63,644 nt of DNA. Origin: Paraspadella gotoi (taxonomy: Eukaryota > Animalia > Chaetognatha). The stretch covers positions 8,319,992 to 8,383,635 of the forward strand of contig CM119263.1 in the NCBI GenBank assembly GCA_051294375.1, given 5' to 3'. The position numbers were made by a program, and so were the translations under genes. Below, one piece after another: positions 21,810-35,304 of the stretch (position 1 is its first letter; each line of letters begins with the position of its first letter). Below the pieces are notes generated by a model. That model ran no database searches. It saw only the letters and a program-made list of their open reading frames with translations, and was not told where the DNA came from.

Positions 21810-24800
21810 CCATCCCTCCCCGCCACCTCTCCCGGGCCCCGCTGGACTGGCGAGGGGGGTAAGCATTCTTCGCTTAACTCGTTCCCCCGGCTCCTCGTCT
21901 CGTCTTTACGATCAACGTTTTCTTTTAAAGCATCGATCGACGCGTCGTCGGCGCTGGTTTCCTTTTTGGCGGCGCGGGTCGGCGCGGAGCGTTGCAGGCG
22001 TTGGCGTCGTTGGCGCCATCAACAATGACTACTGTTGGCTTTTGACGTCAATTGGCGCCATCGGGATTCACGTCGTTTGTCTTTTGTCAACGAGATCTCC
22101 TTTTCTTGTCATAACTTCGTCCCCGTCACGGCATTTGACGTTATTGCTTTTTAAATTCTTTAACGGTCGTATGCAATAACGTCACGCAATGACGTCATGT
22201 GCGTTGACGTCGCAGTCATTAGCTTCGCCGTTATTGAAGCTGTAGGCGCGGGAGCCTTTGGCGTCGACGCTGCAGTAAAGAAAAAAGCTCGCGGCGTTTT
22301 TTTGCTCGCGTTGGCAGAGACAGCGGGCAATGGCGGGCAACGGCGGGCGAAGGCAGCCGATAGCGGGCATCGGAGTCGGGCAAGTTTTTATGAGAAGTTT
22401 GTGAGGGGCGAAGAAGCAGTTAACGTCTTTGAAGCTGTGAATGAAGCATCGCGTGACGTGAAGACTTACGAATGAAATGGGAATTAACCTCTTTTATATC
22501 GAAATCTTATTCACTCTACTGAACTTGGAAACTTGATAGCCGAGATTCAAAATATAAAATCTCCACAACTGTTTTTAACCACACGGGACCAGTGATTGGA
22601 CAGTTTCCTTGTGAGAAATCGATCTACTTCAGATTCAGTTGACCCATTAGGAAAGAGAAGATAATGAAAGAGAAGGGGTAATTTAATATGAAGACAAAGA
22701 AAAGGATTCAAAGAGCAAAGAGTTGGTTCACTGCTAGTGAGGACGAAGATGAAAATGTAATAATGAGTTACATGAGCGAAGACCGAAGATGTCACAACCA
22801 CATAAAGCGGAGGTCAAGAGTTAAAAGATGAGGCCATCAAAAGGTCACCCCAGAGAAAACAAATTCATTGGAATCGTATTTTGTCCCTTTTTTTTCCTCG
22901 TCGTCGCTAAGAATAATTATTTTCTCTCTCTCTCTCTCTCTCACTCTCTCTCTCTCTTATACTCAGTCTCTCCCCGATACCTCCTTGTCTTTCCATCCTC
23001 TCCATCTCTGTCTCTCCCGCCCGCACGCTCTCAAGTTTTATTTTTTTTATTTTTTTTTATTTTTTTGAAGAAACAAACGCCTTTGGTTCCTAAATGATTA
23101 GAAAAACCGCAATAAATGCAAATGAAACCGAACCGAAGCAATCTTCCCCCAAAAACACCATGAATGTAAATGAGACAAAACTGAAACTCCCTCAAAAACA
23201 CCATAAATGCAAACGAGACTAGATATTCGAAACAATCCCTTCCCCCCAAAAAAATATTGGAATGAAAGCAATTTTCCACGGATATCAAAATGGGATTATT
23301 TACATAAGAAAATGCAAAAAAAGAGTTTTAGTTTAGCCTTTTAGTGGAGGCAAATAAAGCATCGGTAAGACTAATTAAATCTTAAGTACGACCTCTACGA
23401 AAAGAGAAGGAAAGTCATTTCTTCCAGGAAAAGTAATAAACCCAAAACGAGGCCAACACCAAAACAATTTAGAAAAAACAAAGCGGTTTTTTTTTTTCTT
23501 CAAATTTCGCGTTCTGTCCCGTCTCAGGCTTTCATCCCCGTGTCTCTCTCTCTCTCTCTCTCCTTCGTTCTATAACTTTCTCTCTCATAAGTTTCTCCGC
23601 TGAAATATCGACTCGGAGAAAAATTTTTCAAAAGTAAAACCATTATTAATCATGAGATTAGCTTTAGGGTGGAAAGATAAAGAAAGAGAAAGGCGGGTGA
23701 TGAATAATTGAATAGGAGAAAAGAGTAGCGAAAGGAGAGGGAGAGGCCGAGAGAGAGAGAGAGAGGGAGNNNNNNNNNNCGGGAAGGAAAATTATTAGTC
23801 TGGAAGAGAAACCGTAAAGCTATTCTCTTCATTTGAGAGAAAGACAAGGAAGAGGAAGAGAAGGAAGAGAATACTCGTGGGAGGTGGACGAAAAAATAAA
23901 ATAAGAAAAGAAAAGAAAAAAATAAGAAAAAAAAAAGGAAAAAAAATTTCCCCTCTTTCCTCTTTTTTTTATTCTTCTCCTCAAACTTCTTCTTTCGCTC
24001 CAACTCTTCACCGATCGTTCTCTGTCTTTCCTTTGTTTTTCTTCTTTTGTCTTTTGTTTACGAAATTCGTTCCATCTTCTTTTAAAATTCATGAGGGCCG
24101 CCGCCTCAGCCCGCCACAGCCGCCTCAGCTGCCGGGGCTGCTTGCATTCCGCCGGTCGAAACTGCTCCCCGTTAGGGATGCTGTAAAATCAGGGGCGCCG
24201 TCGTGGCCGAAGATCGGTCCTAGTTTAATCGACGCCGCAGCAAAACGACTGTCCGCCGACGCAATTTTTTCGGCACGAATTCCGGTCGCGGACGAATTCG
24301 CCGGAAAAAGACTCGATCCAGTGAAACACGTTCGGGTTTCCGGAAACGCCGACAGAAGAAAATTTTTTTCCGCCCAGATTCCGTCCTAATCCGTAAATGC
24401 TCTGCAATTTCTTTCGGAATCCCAGATTTTATCAAGAAAAAAATGGATAAAAAAAAAACTCTCGTTGGTGACACTAATTCTCTGTTTCGCTCCGTTTATT
24501 TCGTTGTTAAAAAAAGAAACTAATTCGTTTTTAATAGACCAATTAAAAAAAACCGCTCGTCAACCGCGCGAGTTCGGATTTCAATTTTTTTTTTCAAAAA
24601 AATAAAAAGCAGTTTTATTTTTTCAAAAAAATTTCAAAAGAATAAAAAACTCGCTAAATCGGAATTCGTAGAATCCGATTGCATCGAGTTAGGACTGTCT
24701 CGGTTTCGAGGTAGAACAGAGCTGGAAGCCCGAGACGCTTACGTACGAGATCGCCCATCATCCCGCGCGCGTTAAGCCCATTATAAAAAATGAGAAAACA

Positions 24801-24900
24801 ACGGGCGCGAGCGGGACACGCCCTTTCCTCGTTAGACGAGCGCCAAGGAATAATAAATGTTAAGCGCCGTCTAATCAGCCTCCGTCGTTGATGAATCTCG

Positions 24901-24981
24901 CCGCCCGGCGCCGCAGCCGATGCCGCTTCCACCGCCCGGCGCCGCAGCCGATGCCGCATCCACCGCCCGGCGCAGCAGCCG
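24901..24981. repeat. 31-bp GC-rich tandem repeat x2.6
   Basis: ccgcccggcgccgcagccgatgccgc(t/a)tcca at 24901 and 24932, partial at 24963. Confidence 0.85.
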
Positions 24982-25111
24982 GAAGTCGGTGCCGCCAGCG
25001 TTTCCGCGCCAACCTTCCAGATGCCATTAACCTATCTATTTTGTTGGAAAAGAAAAGGGAAGAAAAAAATATATCTCGCTCTCTCTCTCTCTCCTCTCTC
25101 TCCTCTCTCTT

Positions 25112-25152
<41 letters not shown>

Positions 25153-26741
25153 CTCCTCACTCTCTCTCTCTCAAGGAATATTCAAAGAATATGTAAAACA
25201 CATTCTTTACATAATTAACAATGTAAGTGAGACGCCGAGGCGGCCAACTATGACAAATCGCTCCTGCTTATAGTAGAACCATAACGGAGCGATAAAAAAA
25301 ACTTTTCTCCAAGACGCCATCGATAGCACGCCTCCTTTTTTTCTTTCCTTTTTAAAAATATAAACTTTCATTATTTGACGACAGGTTCGCTGGCTGTCAC
25401 AAAAGATGACGTCAACGCTGTTTGTTGAAAGGCTCAATGTTTTAATCCTCGCCCGACGACGAAAACGACGATAATAAAGACGACGAGGACGAGCGTTGAC
25501 ACGACGCCTGTCAATACAGCTGCTGTCATTTGCATCATTCGTTATTGACAATCGCGCAGCTCAAATTGACGAGAATGTAGAAACGTAGAAATAAAAAACA
25601 CACGTTGAAATTTTCAATGAAAAGGAAAAAAATTACCAGGATGCAAACGTGAGTTTTTACTTTGTCTCGTTTATAGTATCAAATAAGGTAATCATAGTGC
25701 TACAGTTCAAATATTTTTATTTTATATCCGTTACGGTTATTCGGATGAATTTTAATCATTTCCGTTCCATTCAGGATTTCTTTGAAAAAGATTTCCGAGT
25801 CCACTCGTTATCGCGGACAGAGCGATTCTAAAAAAAAAAATCTGGTCCATAATTTAAAAAAAAATTATCCATTTGTCCACCAGCTCACGGCGATTAGCGC
25901 TGTGAATTTAGGCTTCTGCCTCGCGGCTTTGGCGGCGGCGGCGGCGGCGGCGTCAGCGGGAATCCCCTTATCCACCACGAGTGCAGTTGTCCTTTCGAAG
26001 TTTAGAGGGTTTTTGTTTTTTGTTTGTTTGTTATTTATTAACATTTTAGTTTGTTTTTTATTAATCACCAGAGTCAATTTCTGTCTTCCAACGTTAAATT
26101 GGTACACACGTACAACCCATGTAAAGATTATTCGTTCAATTAATAAACAAGGTACTTTTCCGTTGCCTTTGAGGATTTATGCCTTTATCTCTCGGACAAG
26201 ATAATAACATAGCTGGACCCCGGAAGCTTTCAATCAAAACTCTCTTCCCTAACGCCATTAGTAATGGTTCAATCGTTACTTGTAACTGTATGATCGAGAA
26301 AAATCTTCGATAAACAATTCCCATAACTAGCGACCTCCCGCGATCCACCCTCCTGTTTTATCACCATCGCTTAATTCACTCGTTCCATCAATTCGCTTCT
26401 CTAATTACTCTCGCCGCTCACCCGTAACATTTTACCTCACTGTGACCCAAACTGTTAATTCATCTTGCGATCGCTACCGCCCATTCTATCACCACCCCGG
26501 ACCACCCCTCGACACCTTCCACTCCAACCACTCCATCCCCATCCACCCGCCCACTCGCCCGCGTTGCGCGCGTCAAATCGCACGCGCATTTCCCGACGCT
26601 TTTAATCGTCGTCCGCCGGAGATGAAGTCTCAACCGGAAATGAAAAAAGAGGAGGAGGAAGAGAAAAGAAGTAGAGAGACAAAAGAACAATTTTTTTTTT
26701 AAATCTCATCCTGAAATCGTTTCGGGAAGAGAGAGAGAGAA

Positions 26742-26787
<46 letters not shown>

Positions 26788-26990
26788 AAATGGGCAGAAG
26801 GAATAAAAGCATTGTTGTTTTTTTTTTTTTTTTTTTTTTTCATTTTCTGTGATTCCGGGTGCCGTTGGCGTCGCCTTTCGTGGCAAAGGTGCGGGATATT
26901 TCTTGTGCTGGATTGATCATGATTTGCGAACATGAATAATTTTGACAAGAGAGAAAGAGAGAGAGAGAGAGAGAAAGAGGAAGAAGAGAG

Positions 26991-27025
<35 letters not shown>

Positions 27026-28124
27026 CAGAAGAAGAGAAGAGAGAGAGATAGACGATGAAACATAGATTTATAATTAAAAGACAATTTTGACTTGAGTTTT
27101 TACATTTTTTTTGCACTAAATTAAGCGATTGTGAGAATTTGATGAGATTGGGTTCTCATTGCTCATTTGTTTTAATACCCGGGTGTAACAGGGTGGTGAG
27201 TGAAAAACGGAGCCCTTTACCTGTCGACTTTTTTGGCCTCGAACCACACAGATTTTTTTTTCTCCTCACCTTCCGAAAATTCCCTCGACTTACCTTTCGA
27301 CAACCGAGACGGATTCCTCTTCACTCACGACTTATCTTTTTTCCATTGCATCCACTTTAACGACGACGACGACGACCATGACGCCACCTTTTATCTTTTC
27401 TCTTGACGCCGTTCGGTTGTTGACGTCTTTTGTTGGTTTTCAAACGATTTCTCCCTTCCTCTTTCTCTCTCTCCCTACCTCTTTTTCTCTCTCTCTCTCA
27501 CTCTTTATCTTTTTCTTTCTCCTTTACACTTTTCGCAGACCCACTGTTTCCCCACCAACCGGCAAAAATTGTATCCCTGTCATTTTGTTCCTGCTATCTT
27601 CCCTATCTTTTTCTTTCTTCTCCTATCATCTTTATCCTTTTTCCCTGATATTCCATATCTTCAATCTATTCTCTTTATTACAATCCAACCCTTCTTCGTC
27701 AAAGCTCTATCCCTTATTCTTCTCTTTACCATACCTCCCCAACCATTTACTTCACGTTCGTTGAACGCCTTGTCCTACCAATAAATTCCCTTCCCATGCC
27801 ACCCTGCCCTGCCCTGCCCATTCCGCCATGCTAATCCCCCTATCTGACACCGTTTACTCTACGTCATATGTCTTTCTTGCTTTCCGTAATTTTCTTTCTC
27901 TCCAGAGGTTTTCAATATTACCCCGAGAATGACTTCGCCATAAAGTCAATTAAATTAGTTCTTAACTCAACAATCAATATATATCCATCAAAGTGTTTAT
28001 TAATTTACCTACGATTGTGAGTCCAAGTTATTTCGTAAGCCTACAATATTTTCGTGACTCGTGACAACATGATTTTGAGAGTGCAAAGATAATTTCGTGA
28101 GTCCAAAAATAATTTTAATGTTAA

Positions 28125-28236
28125 ATGAAATTGGTACAACCAATATAAAAATTATCCATTCATTTAATAAATAAGCCATTTTGTCCCTGACTTTGGACAG
28201 GCTTTGGTGGTTTAAGACCTCCATCACTCTTACAAG
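28125..28236 (-). repeat. Short interspersed repeat (copy 2, inverted relative to 15053-15170)
   Basis: atgaaattggtacaaccaatataaaaatt...ccctgactttggacaggctttgg...cctccatcactcttacaag. Confidence 0.75.
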
Positions 28237-28676
28237 TTAACGACATAGCAGTTATTCACGACTTTTTCAATTTTACGTCATTTGATGGCACTTGATTCTA
28301 CCAGTTTGTTTTGCTTCGCTATTCAGACTTTCCCTACTACGTACATAGTAGCAAGATACAATCTATGATTCTTCTTACAAAGATTAAAAAACCAGCATCG
28401 TTCAAATGATCAATGTTTTATAAGAAAACAATTGTACACAAGAAATAAAGTTGAGATGATAACCGGGTCCCAGTTTCTCTTTTCCACCCGCTATTTCTTC
28501 ATCCACTATCTTCCCAGCTTCTGCACATCTTGGGAAATCATTTCATTGATGCTTGTGACGCGAGCCGACCGGAGATGACAACATCTGAAGGGCGTGCCGG
28601 CCACTTGTGGCTTATGTCAGTGTCACCGTCGGGAACGAGAGAGAGAGAGACAAGAGAGAGAAGAAGAGAGAAGTGA

Positions 28677-28749
<73 letters not shown>

Positions 28750-28775
28750 GAGAGAGAGGAGGAGAGAGAGGAGAG

Positions 28776-28819
<44 letters not shown>

Positions 28820-29261
28820 ATCAAGAATGTAATTTACTAAGTTATTTTGCTGTTTCAATTACACTGAGTGAATATATCTAAAGATTTAAACTTTTAAAAT
28901 GAAAATTCCTGAGGGATTTCTTTGAGAGAGGAAATTGAAAGTCTTTCCGAGATTCTTTTTCCAAATGTATGTTTTGAATAATTTTTAAATTGATATTACT
29001 TTAATTTCATTTCAGTAATAGTATATAATTGAACATAAAATTTATTATTACGAGTTAGTTTCTGCACAGATGCCAAAACGTAAGAATGAACGATACATAC
29101 ATACATACGTACTTACCAGCAATTTTTCCGAGTCATTGGCAATCTTGACCCTTTGTGTCCGGCTCAGGCGCCACCCCGTCCCCCTATTTCACTCTCAACG
29201 TCGCACTGACGAAAAACCCTGGGGCCTTTTTTTGTCAGAAGAGATCCGATTCCAGCTCTGA

Positions 29262-29262
<1 letters not shown>

Positions 29263-29310
<48 letters not shown>
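29263..29310. repeat. (GAC)n microsatellite
   Basis: Perfect run; a complementary (GTC)n run lies at 29764-29803. Confidence 0.9.
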
Positions 29311-29312
<2 letters not shown>

Positions 29313-29657
29313 AACAGCGGCAAGGAGATGGAGATCTTCTCTTAACGAGATTATTGATAGAAAGACGACGACGACGACGACGAACGACGATAAACAAAAC
29401 GACCAAACACTCACTCTTGAGGCCGGCAAGGTGGTCGCGCGAACTCCCAAGCAAGGTCCACAGCTTTCAAAGTAAAAAGATAAAACAAGACCTCAGTTTA
29501 CTCATAAACAACAGAGGAGCGACGACGACGACGACGAGCGACGAGAAGACATTCATAAGACAAGGTCGAATGACAGAAGAAAAAAATGAATAAAAGGAGG
29601 ACAAGAGACACCACGTCAGCGCCTGAAGAAGAGAAAGAAAGACAAAGAAATTAAAAG

Positions 29658-29709
<52 letters not shown>

Positions 29710-29763
29710 GAGAGAGAGAGATAAAAGAGCATCCCGGCAGAAAAAGTCGGGTTGGCGCCTTAA

Positions 29764-29803
<40 letters not shown>

Positions 29804-29863
29804 TCCTTTGGTTATTTGCTGAACAATCGATATTCCATTTCCCTGCGGAGTCTTTCTTGGCGA

Positions 29864-29973
29864 CGTGCTTGCTGTTTGCTAGTCACGTGCTTGCCGTTTG
29901 CTTGTCACGTGTTTTCTGTTTGCTTGTTACGGGATTTCTGTTTGCTTGTTACGCGTCTTCTGTTTGCTTGTTC
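29864..29973. repeat. 21-bp minisatellite x5
   Basis: Variants of ctgtttgcttgt(c/t)acg(t/c)g(c/t)tt. Confidence 0.8.
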
Positions 29974-31325
29974 CCAGTTTAGCCAGGATGTACATATCTC
30001 GTTTTGTATTTTTGTTTAATACCATACTGACAACCGTGTCGAATAATGCTGGGCTCACGGTTAAAAGCAAACAGTTGTAAGTATCAGCTAATGTTGTATT
30101 TTGCTCAGATCATTCGCTTTTTCTAGATGAGAATTGATCCATCGTGTTTCTCCCGATCGGTCGACCGAGTTTCAGCCAATCGGATGTACTCGTTGAAGAC
30201 GCCGCCGGCGTGGGCGTCGGAATTCGCTTGAGAGCCGCTTCAGTTCCGTTTAAATTTTCCGCGTAATAATTACACACCTTCGTCCGTCCAGTGAACGTTT
30301 CACAGATTTTTATATTTTTTTCATTTCATTCACTTCTGCTCTTTGGTTTTTTGAGTCAATCCCTTTTAATTAACGCGAAATCTCGTTCTGTTCACCGCTG
30401 GCAAATTTCGGTCACGTTTTAGTCTCTCTTTTCGCTCATATTTCGATCACGTGATCATCGCGGTTTTACGTTTTCACGCGACCTTCATCTTCGACGCCGG
30501 CGACGCGAGGCTGAGACCGAAGAGGGAGCCGCTCGTTCTCTTCTCTTGATGTACAGTAACGAGCGAAGGAGAAGGCGAGAGTGAGAATGGAAAGAAGTCG
30601 GTGATGAAGAAAGAAATTAAATGGAAGAAGAAGAAAATGAAGGTGAACACGTAAAAGAGAAAAGGAGAAAATCACGGAGAGAATAAAAAAAGAGGGGAAA
30701 AGATTAAAAATAAAGGGGAAAAAAGGGAAAAGGGAAAAGGGAAAGGAAAAGAAAAAAAAAGGAAAAAGGAAAGGAAACTGGAAAAGAAAAAGGAAAAAAA
30801 TGAAAAGGGAAAGGGGAAAAAAAGAAAAGGGAAAGGAAACTGGAAAAAGGAGAAATAGAAGCTTTTTTTAAAAGAGACCTGAAGGCTTGTTTCACTTCCA
30901 GAGAGAAAATTGGGCAACAGTTAAAATGAAAAAAAATAAAGGAGAGAGAGAGAGGAAAAGAGAAAAAGAGAGAGAAAGAGGGAAAGAGAGAGAGAGTGTT
31001 AAGGACCCAATTTCAGTGAATTGGACAGAAGCCAAATCCTCGAGTTTTAAGCGGAAAATGCGTCACACAAATAAGGAGAAAAGAAATGGCGGGAAGGGAT
31101 GGGAAAAGATGGGAAGGGACGGAAAAAGATGGGAAGTGACAGGAAAAGATTGGAAGGGAAGAGAAGGGATAGGAAGAAATAGGAATTGGGTAGGGATGGG
31201 AAATGATGGTAAGAAATGGGAATTTGGAAGGGATGGGAAATTATTGCACGATGGGTAGGGATGGGAAGAAATGGGAAGAAAAGGTGGGAATATGTGAAAC
31301 GATGGGAATAAAAGGAATTAGGGAA

Positions 31326-32838
31326 TATATAGTGTTTTAAAAAAAGATGTTAAGTATGGAGATTTAAAAGGATTTGAAGAATTAGCAGAAAATGGGAAAT
31401 GATAGAAAAATAAGACAATGAAATGATGTGTCAAGGATGGATGGGATGATGGGAAAACTTTTGTTAATTGCAATTAAATACTAATTCTTTTTTTTTTCTT
31501 TTTTTTCCCCCTTCACACGGATTCTCAGGTAAGTGAGCATCTTCTTATTTTGTATACATTTGAACTATTAAAGTGAAATCATTTTAAAAAAAGTGGGCCA
31601 AATAAACTCGTCAAGTACTATCAATTTATCGAAGAACTTAACAACTTTTTTCTAAAAGTACATTACAAATTATGTGTAACAGGGATAAAAACATATGAAT
31701 CTTACTAAAAAGCTCGTGTACTTGTTTTATAAACACGCATAATTGCTTATATTATAATTACTTTCAGTACTTTCCATTTTGCCTGCGATAATTTTTCTCC
31801 TGTCACGCAATTTCCACCCTTTTTTTTTTTTACCTATCTTTTCGCCGAAGGCAAAGAATACGCTTCTCCCGTCTTTACTGCAGAAAAAAAAAAATCCTCC
31901 GTTGACAAGGAGACAACGACCTCCAGAAAGCTCTTCTTGAAAGCATTCCCCTTTTTGAACCATGTCTGGAAATAATCTAAATACAATATTAAAGAGAGAA
32001 ACAAAAATGACGATGTCACTAAAGAATTAAGGACTAGAAATGTTTTTAAAAAAAGATTATTTTAAACTCATGTTAATTAAAATTAGGGGGGGACAAAATT
32101 TGCAAATTACACATTATCTGACGACAATGTTCGTTATAATAATTAAACCAAACAAAAATAAATGTAAAAAGGAGCAGGAAAAAAGAGAAAAAAGGCTTAA
32201 AAATTTGTAAAAAGGGTAAAAAAAAAGATTCAGTCGCGACTTAAAAGAAAAAAAAAAGGCGAGAGCGATTTTGGGTGCGTCTTTGATGCTTCACACAATG
32301 CCCGAGACAAGAGCTCCGGTTTGCAGCAAAGACGACGACTACAATGACGACAATGACGAGGAAAAATGACGCTTGAAGAGTAACGAAAAAAAANNNNNNN
32401 NNNNNNNNNNNNNNNNNNNNNNNNNNNNNNNNNNNNNNNNNNNNNNNNNNNNNNNNNNNNNNNNNNNNNNNNNNNNNNNNNNNNNNNNNNNNNNNNNNNN
32501 NNNNNNNNNNNNNNNNNNNNNNNNNNNNNNNNNNNNNNNNNNNNNNNNNNNNNNNNNNNNNNNNNNNNNNNNNNNNNNNNNNNNNNNNNNNNNNNNNNNN
32601 NNNNNNNNAAACGAAAAAAAAAGAAAGGAAAGAAGAGGAGAGTAAAGAAAGAAAAGAAATAAAAAGTAAAGTAAAGAAAAGAAACGAAAAAAAAATTAAA
32701 GCGAGAAAGATTTTGTTGATACTGAATAAACGTTTTAGGTTTTGACAAGAGACTCTGAAGGCGGAACATTGATTGAATTGGCAAAGAGAGTCTCGCTTGG
32801 CAATTCCTTGGAACTGGCTTCAGCTAGACCAGTTGAGC

Positions 32839-32882
<44 letters not shown>

Positions 32883-33023
32883 AGAGAGAGAGAGAGAAAG
32901 AGATTTTGAGAGTAAGCTGGTTAGAAAGGGGGAAGAAACGAGAGAGAGACAGAGAGAGAGAGAGTAAGCGTGGTAGGAAGGGAAGAAAAGAAGAGAACAG
33001 AAGAAGAGAGAGAGAGAGAAGAA

Positions 33024-33058
<35 letters not shown>

Positions 33059-33082
33059 GAGAGAGAGAGAGAGAGAAGAAGA

Positions 33083-33117
<35 letters not shown>

Positions 33118-33541
33118 AAAGAAAAGAAGAAAAATGCAGAAAAAAGATTCTTCTTCCGCGAAAAGAGTCGATAACCACGACGAATTTGTGGTCCAACCAA
33201 ATCCATAACCAAAACCCGAAGTCTTTTCCTCACTTTCCTCTTTTCCTTACCTCACTTCACCTTCTAGCCTTTTCCTTTATCCTTACCCATTCTCTTCTTC
33301 ATTTCCTTTTTTTTCCCTCTTTCTCGGTTTTCTTTTTCTTTCATTCTCTCTCACACTCAAGCTCCTCTCTCCTTTTCTCCTTTCCTTCTTTTTTCCCTCC
33401 CCCCCTCTCCCTACCCTCGGGCTCTTCCTTTTCTCCCAGTCCCGTCTCCTCCCTAGACGCAGGTTATCTCGGGTGAAGCAATCTCGGCCAGTCTCGATCC
33501 AGATAAATGTATTGAAGCTAATCCCGCGGAAGACCGGAGGC
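31326..33541 (+). repeat. Arm 1 of a 2.2-kb inverted duplication
   Basis: Reverse complement of 34812-37187 from tatatagtgttttaaaa to gaagaccggaggc. The ORF track shows paired translations (MTSSFLF..., MRKRL...MDLVGPQIR). Confidence 0.9.
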
Positions 33542-34811
33542 TCATGACGCGCAAATTCGCGACGATGAATATTTTTCCTTTTCGCCAAAAAAAGGAAAAT
33601 ATTGGAAGAATTTCCAATAATTTCTCTCTCGCTTCTCTCTCCGTACTCTCATACATTCTCTCTCTCTTCTCTCTCTCTCTTCAGATCTTCTCTCTCTCTC
33701 TCACTCAGCTCTCTCTCTCTCTCTCTGCTATCCGTCAATACTCATCGTTTTAACGCTTCACTCAAGAGTTGAAACTATTTTCTATCCTACCTTCTAACTC
33801 TCTCGAAGAACTCTTGGATGGCGCTGGGGAGCGGAGCAAGGGGAAGAGAAGAGAAAAAGCCGCCGAAGGGGGCAGTGGCTTCAATGATAATCCTCTTTAT
33901 GGCGTTTTAACTTCCTTTTTGGGAAAACGAACGTCGCGTCTAAATCCTCGAGCGTCTTCCGAGTTTACATCAGCGCAGTTCCATGTTTCCCCCTTAAATT
34001 TCGGCCGATAAAATGTTCCACTGACTCTTTGACGTCCTTTAAAGTTACGTCACAAAACCGTCGGAACAGAAAATCGCTTTTTATCAACTGGAACCGGCGG
34101 ACCCTTTCCGGGAGGGGGGGGTAGTGAAGGGGGGAAAAAGAGTTCCATCATCTCTCATTCCATCGCCCTCGATTACTCAGAATTCGCCTCCCGCTTCACC
34201 GCCAAGCCTCCAAGGCCCCCCGCGCATTCTCAGATTCCACAATGCGCGCACAAAAATCGATTCCTTTTCCTTTTTTTCCATTAGTTTATCCAGGAGAGAT
34301 CGCCTCTCGGTCCTGCCCTCTTCGACTCCTCGGCTGTCTCTCTCGAACTCTCTCTCGTCTCTCTCTCTTTCTCTCTTCCTCTGCTCTCTCTCTCCTTTCT
34401 CCTCTGCCACATTCCCTCTTGATTATCGTTCTCTTCTTAAAACCCGCTTCACCGCATTTTTTTACTTTTCCCCCCCGCCCCCCATTTCGGCATAATTCTC
34501 CTCCCCCTCATTCTATCTTCCTTCTTCTAATTATTTCTGAAGCTGATTATTTTCCCCCCCCGAATGTTTTACATCCACCCCTGATTTCTCCATTAGGCAC
34601 ATTTCCCGCGATCTACTTTACCTCCCACGAAAAAGCTCTCACATTTTCACCATTCGAAGTTTAAGATAAACCCCCTTCTGTCTGTCTCTCTTTTTTTCCT
34701 TCTCTCGTCTCTCTCTCTCTCTCTCTCTCTCTCGCATCCCTTATTTCCGAGCAACCCTCCCCATCTCTTCCTCCCCCCCTACTCTCGGCCAACCGAGGTC
34801 CGCCAAAGAGG

Positions 34812-35272
34812 GCCTCCGGTCTTCCGCGGGATTAGCTTCAATACATTTATACTGGATCGGAGACTGGCCGAGATTGCTTCACCACCGAGATAAACCGTCG
34901 TCTAGGGAGGAGACGGAACTGGGAGAAAAGGAAGAGCCCGAGGGTAGGGGGAGGGGGGGAGGGAAAAAAGAAGGAAGGAGAAAAGGAGGAGAGGAGCTTG
35001 AGGTGTAGAGAGAGAATGAAAGAAAAAGAAAACCGAGAGAAGAGGGAAAAAAAGGAAGAGGGAAATGAAGAAGAAGAATGGTAAGGAAATAAAGGAAAGG
35101 CACGTAGGACAGAGTGTGAGGTGAGTAGGTAAGGAAAAAGAGGAAAGTGAGGAAAAGACTTGGGTGTTTTTGGTTAATGGATTTGGTTGGACCACAAATT
35201 CGTACAGGTTTATCGACGTCTTTTCGCGGGAAGAAGATACTTTTTTTCTGCATTTTTCTTCTTCTTTCTTCT

Positions 35273-35304
<32 letters not shown>

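Noticed and set aside
22197-22475. Kinase glycine-loop-like peptide VGAGAFGV
   Set aside because: No following VAIK/HRD/DFG motifs or convincing splice context; likely chance in GC-rich DNA.
24090-24390. GC-rich Ala/Pro-rich ORF-like island (similar ones at 50505-50876 and 54277-54607)
   Set aside because: Driven by GCC/GGC low complexity with no recognisable domain; could be regulatory, but this cannot be supported from sequence alone.
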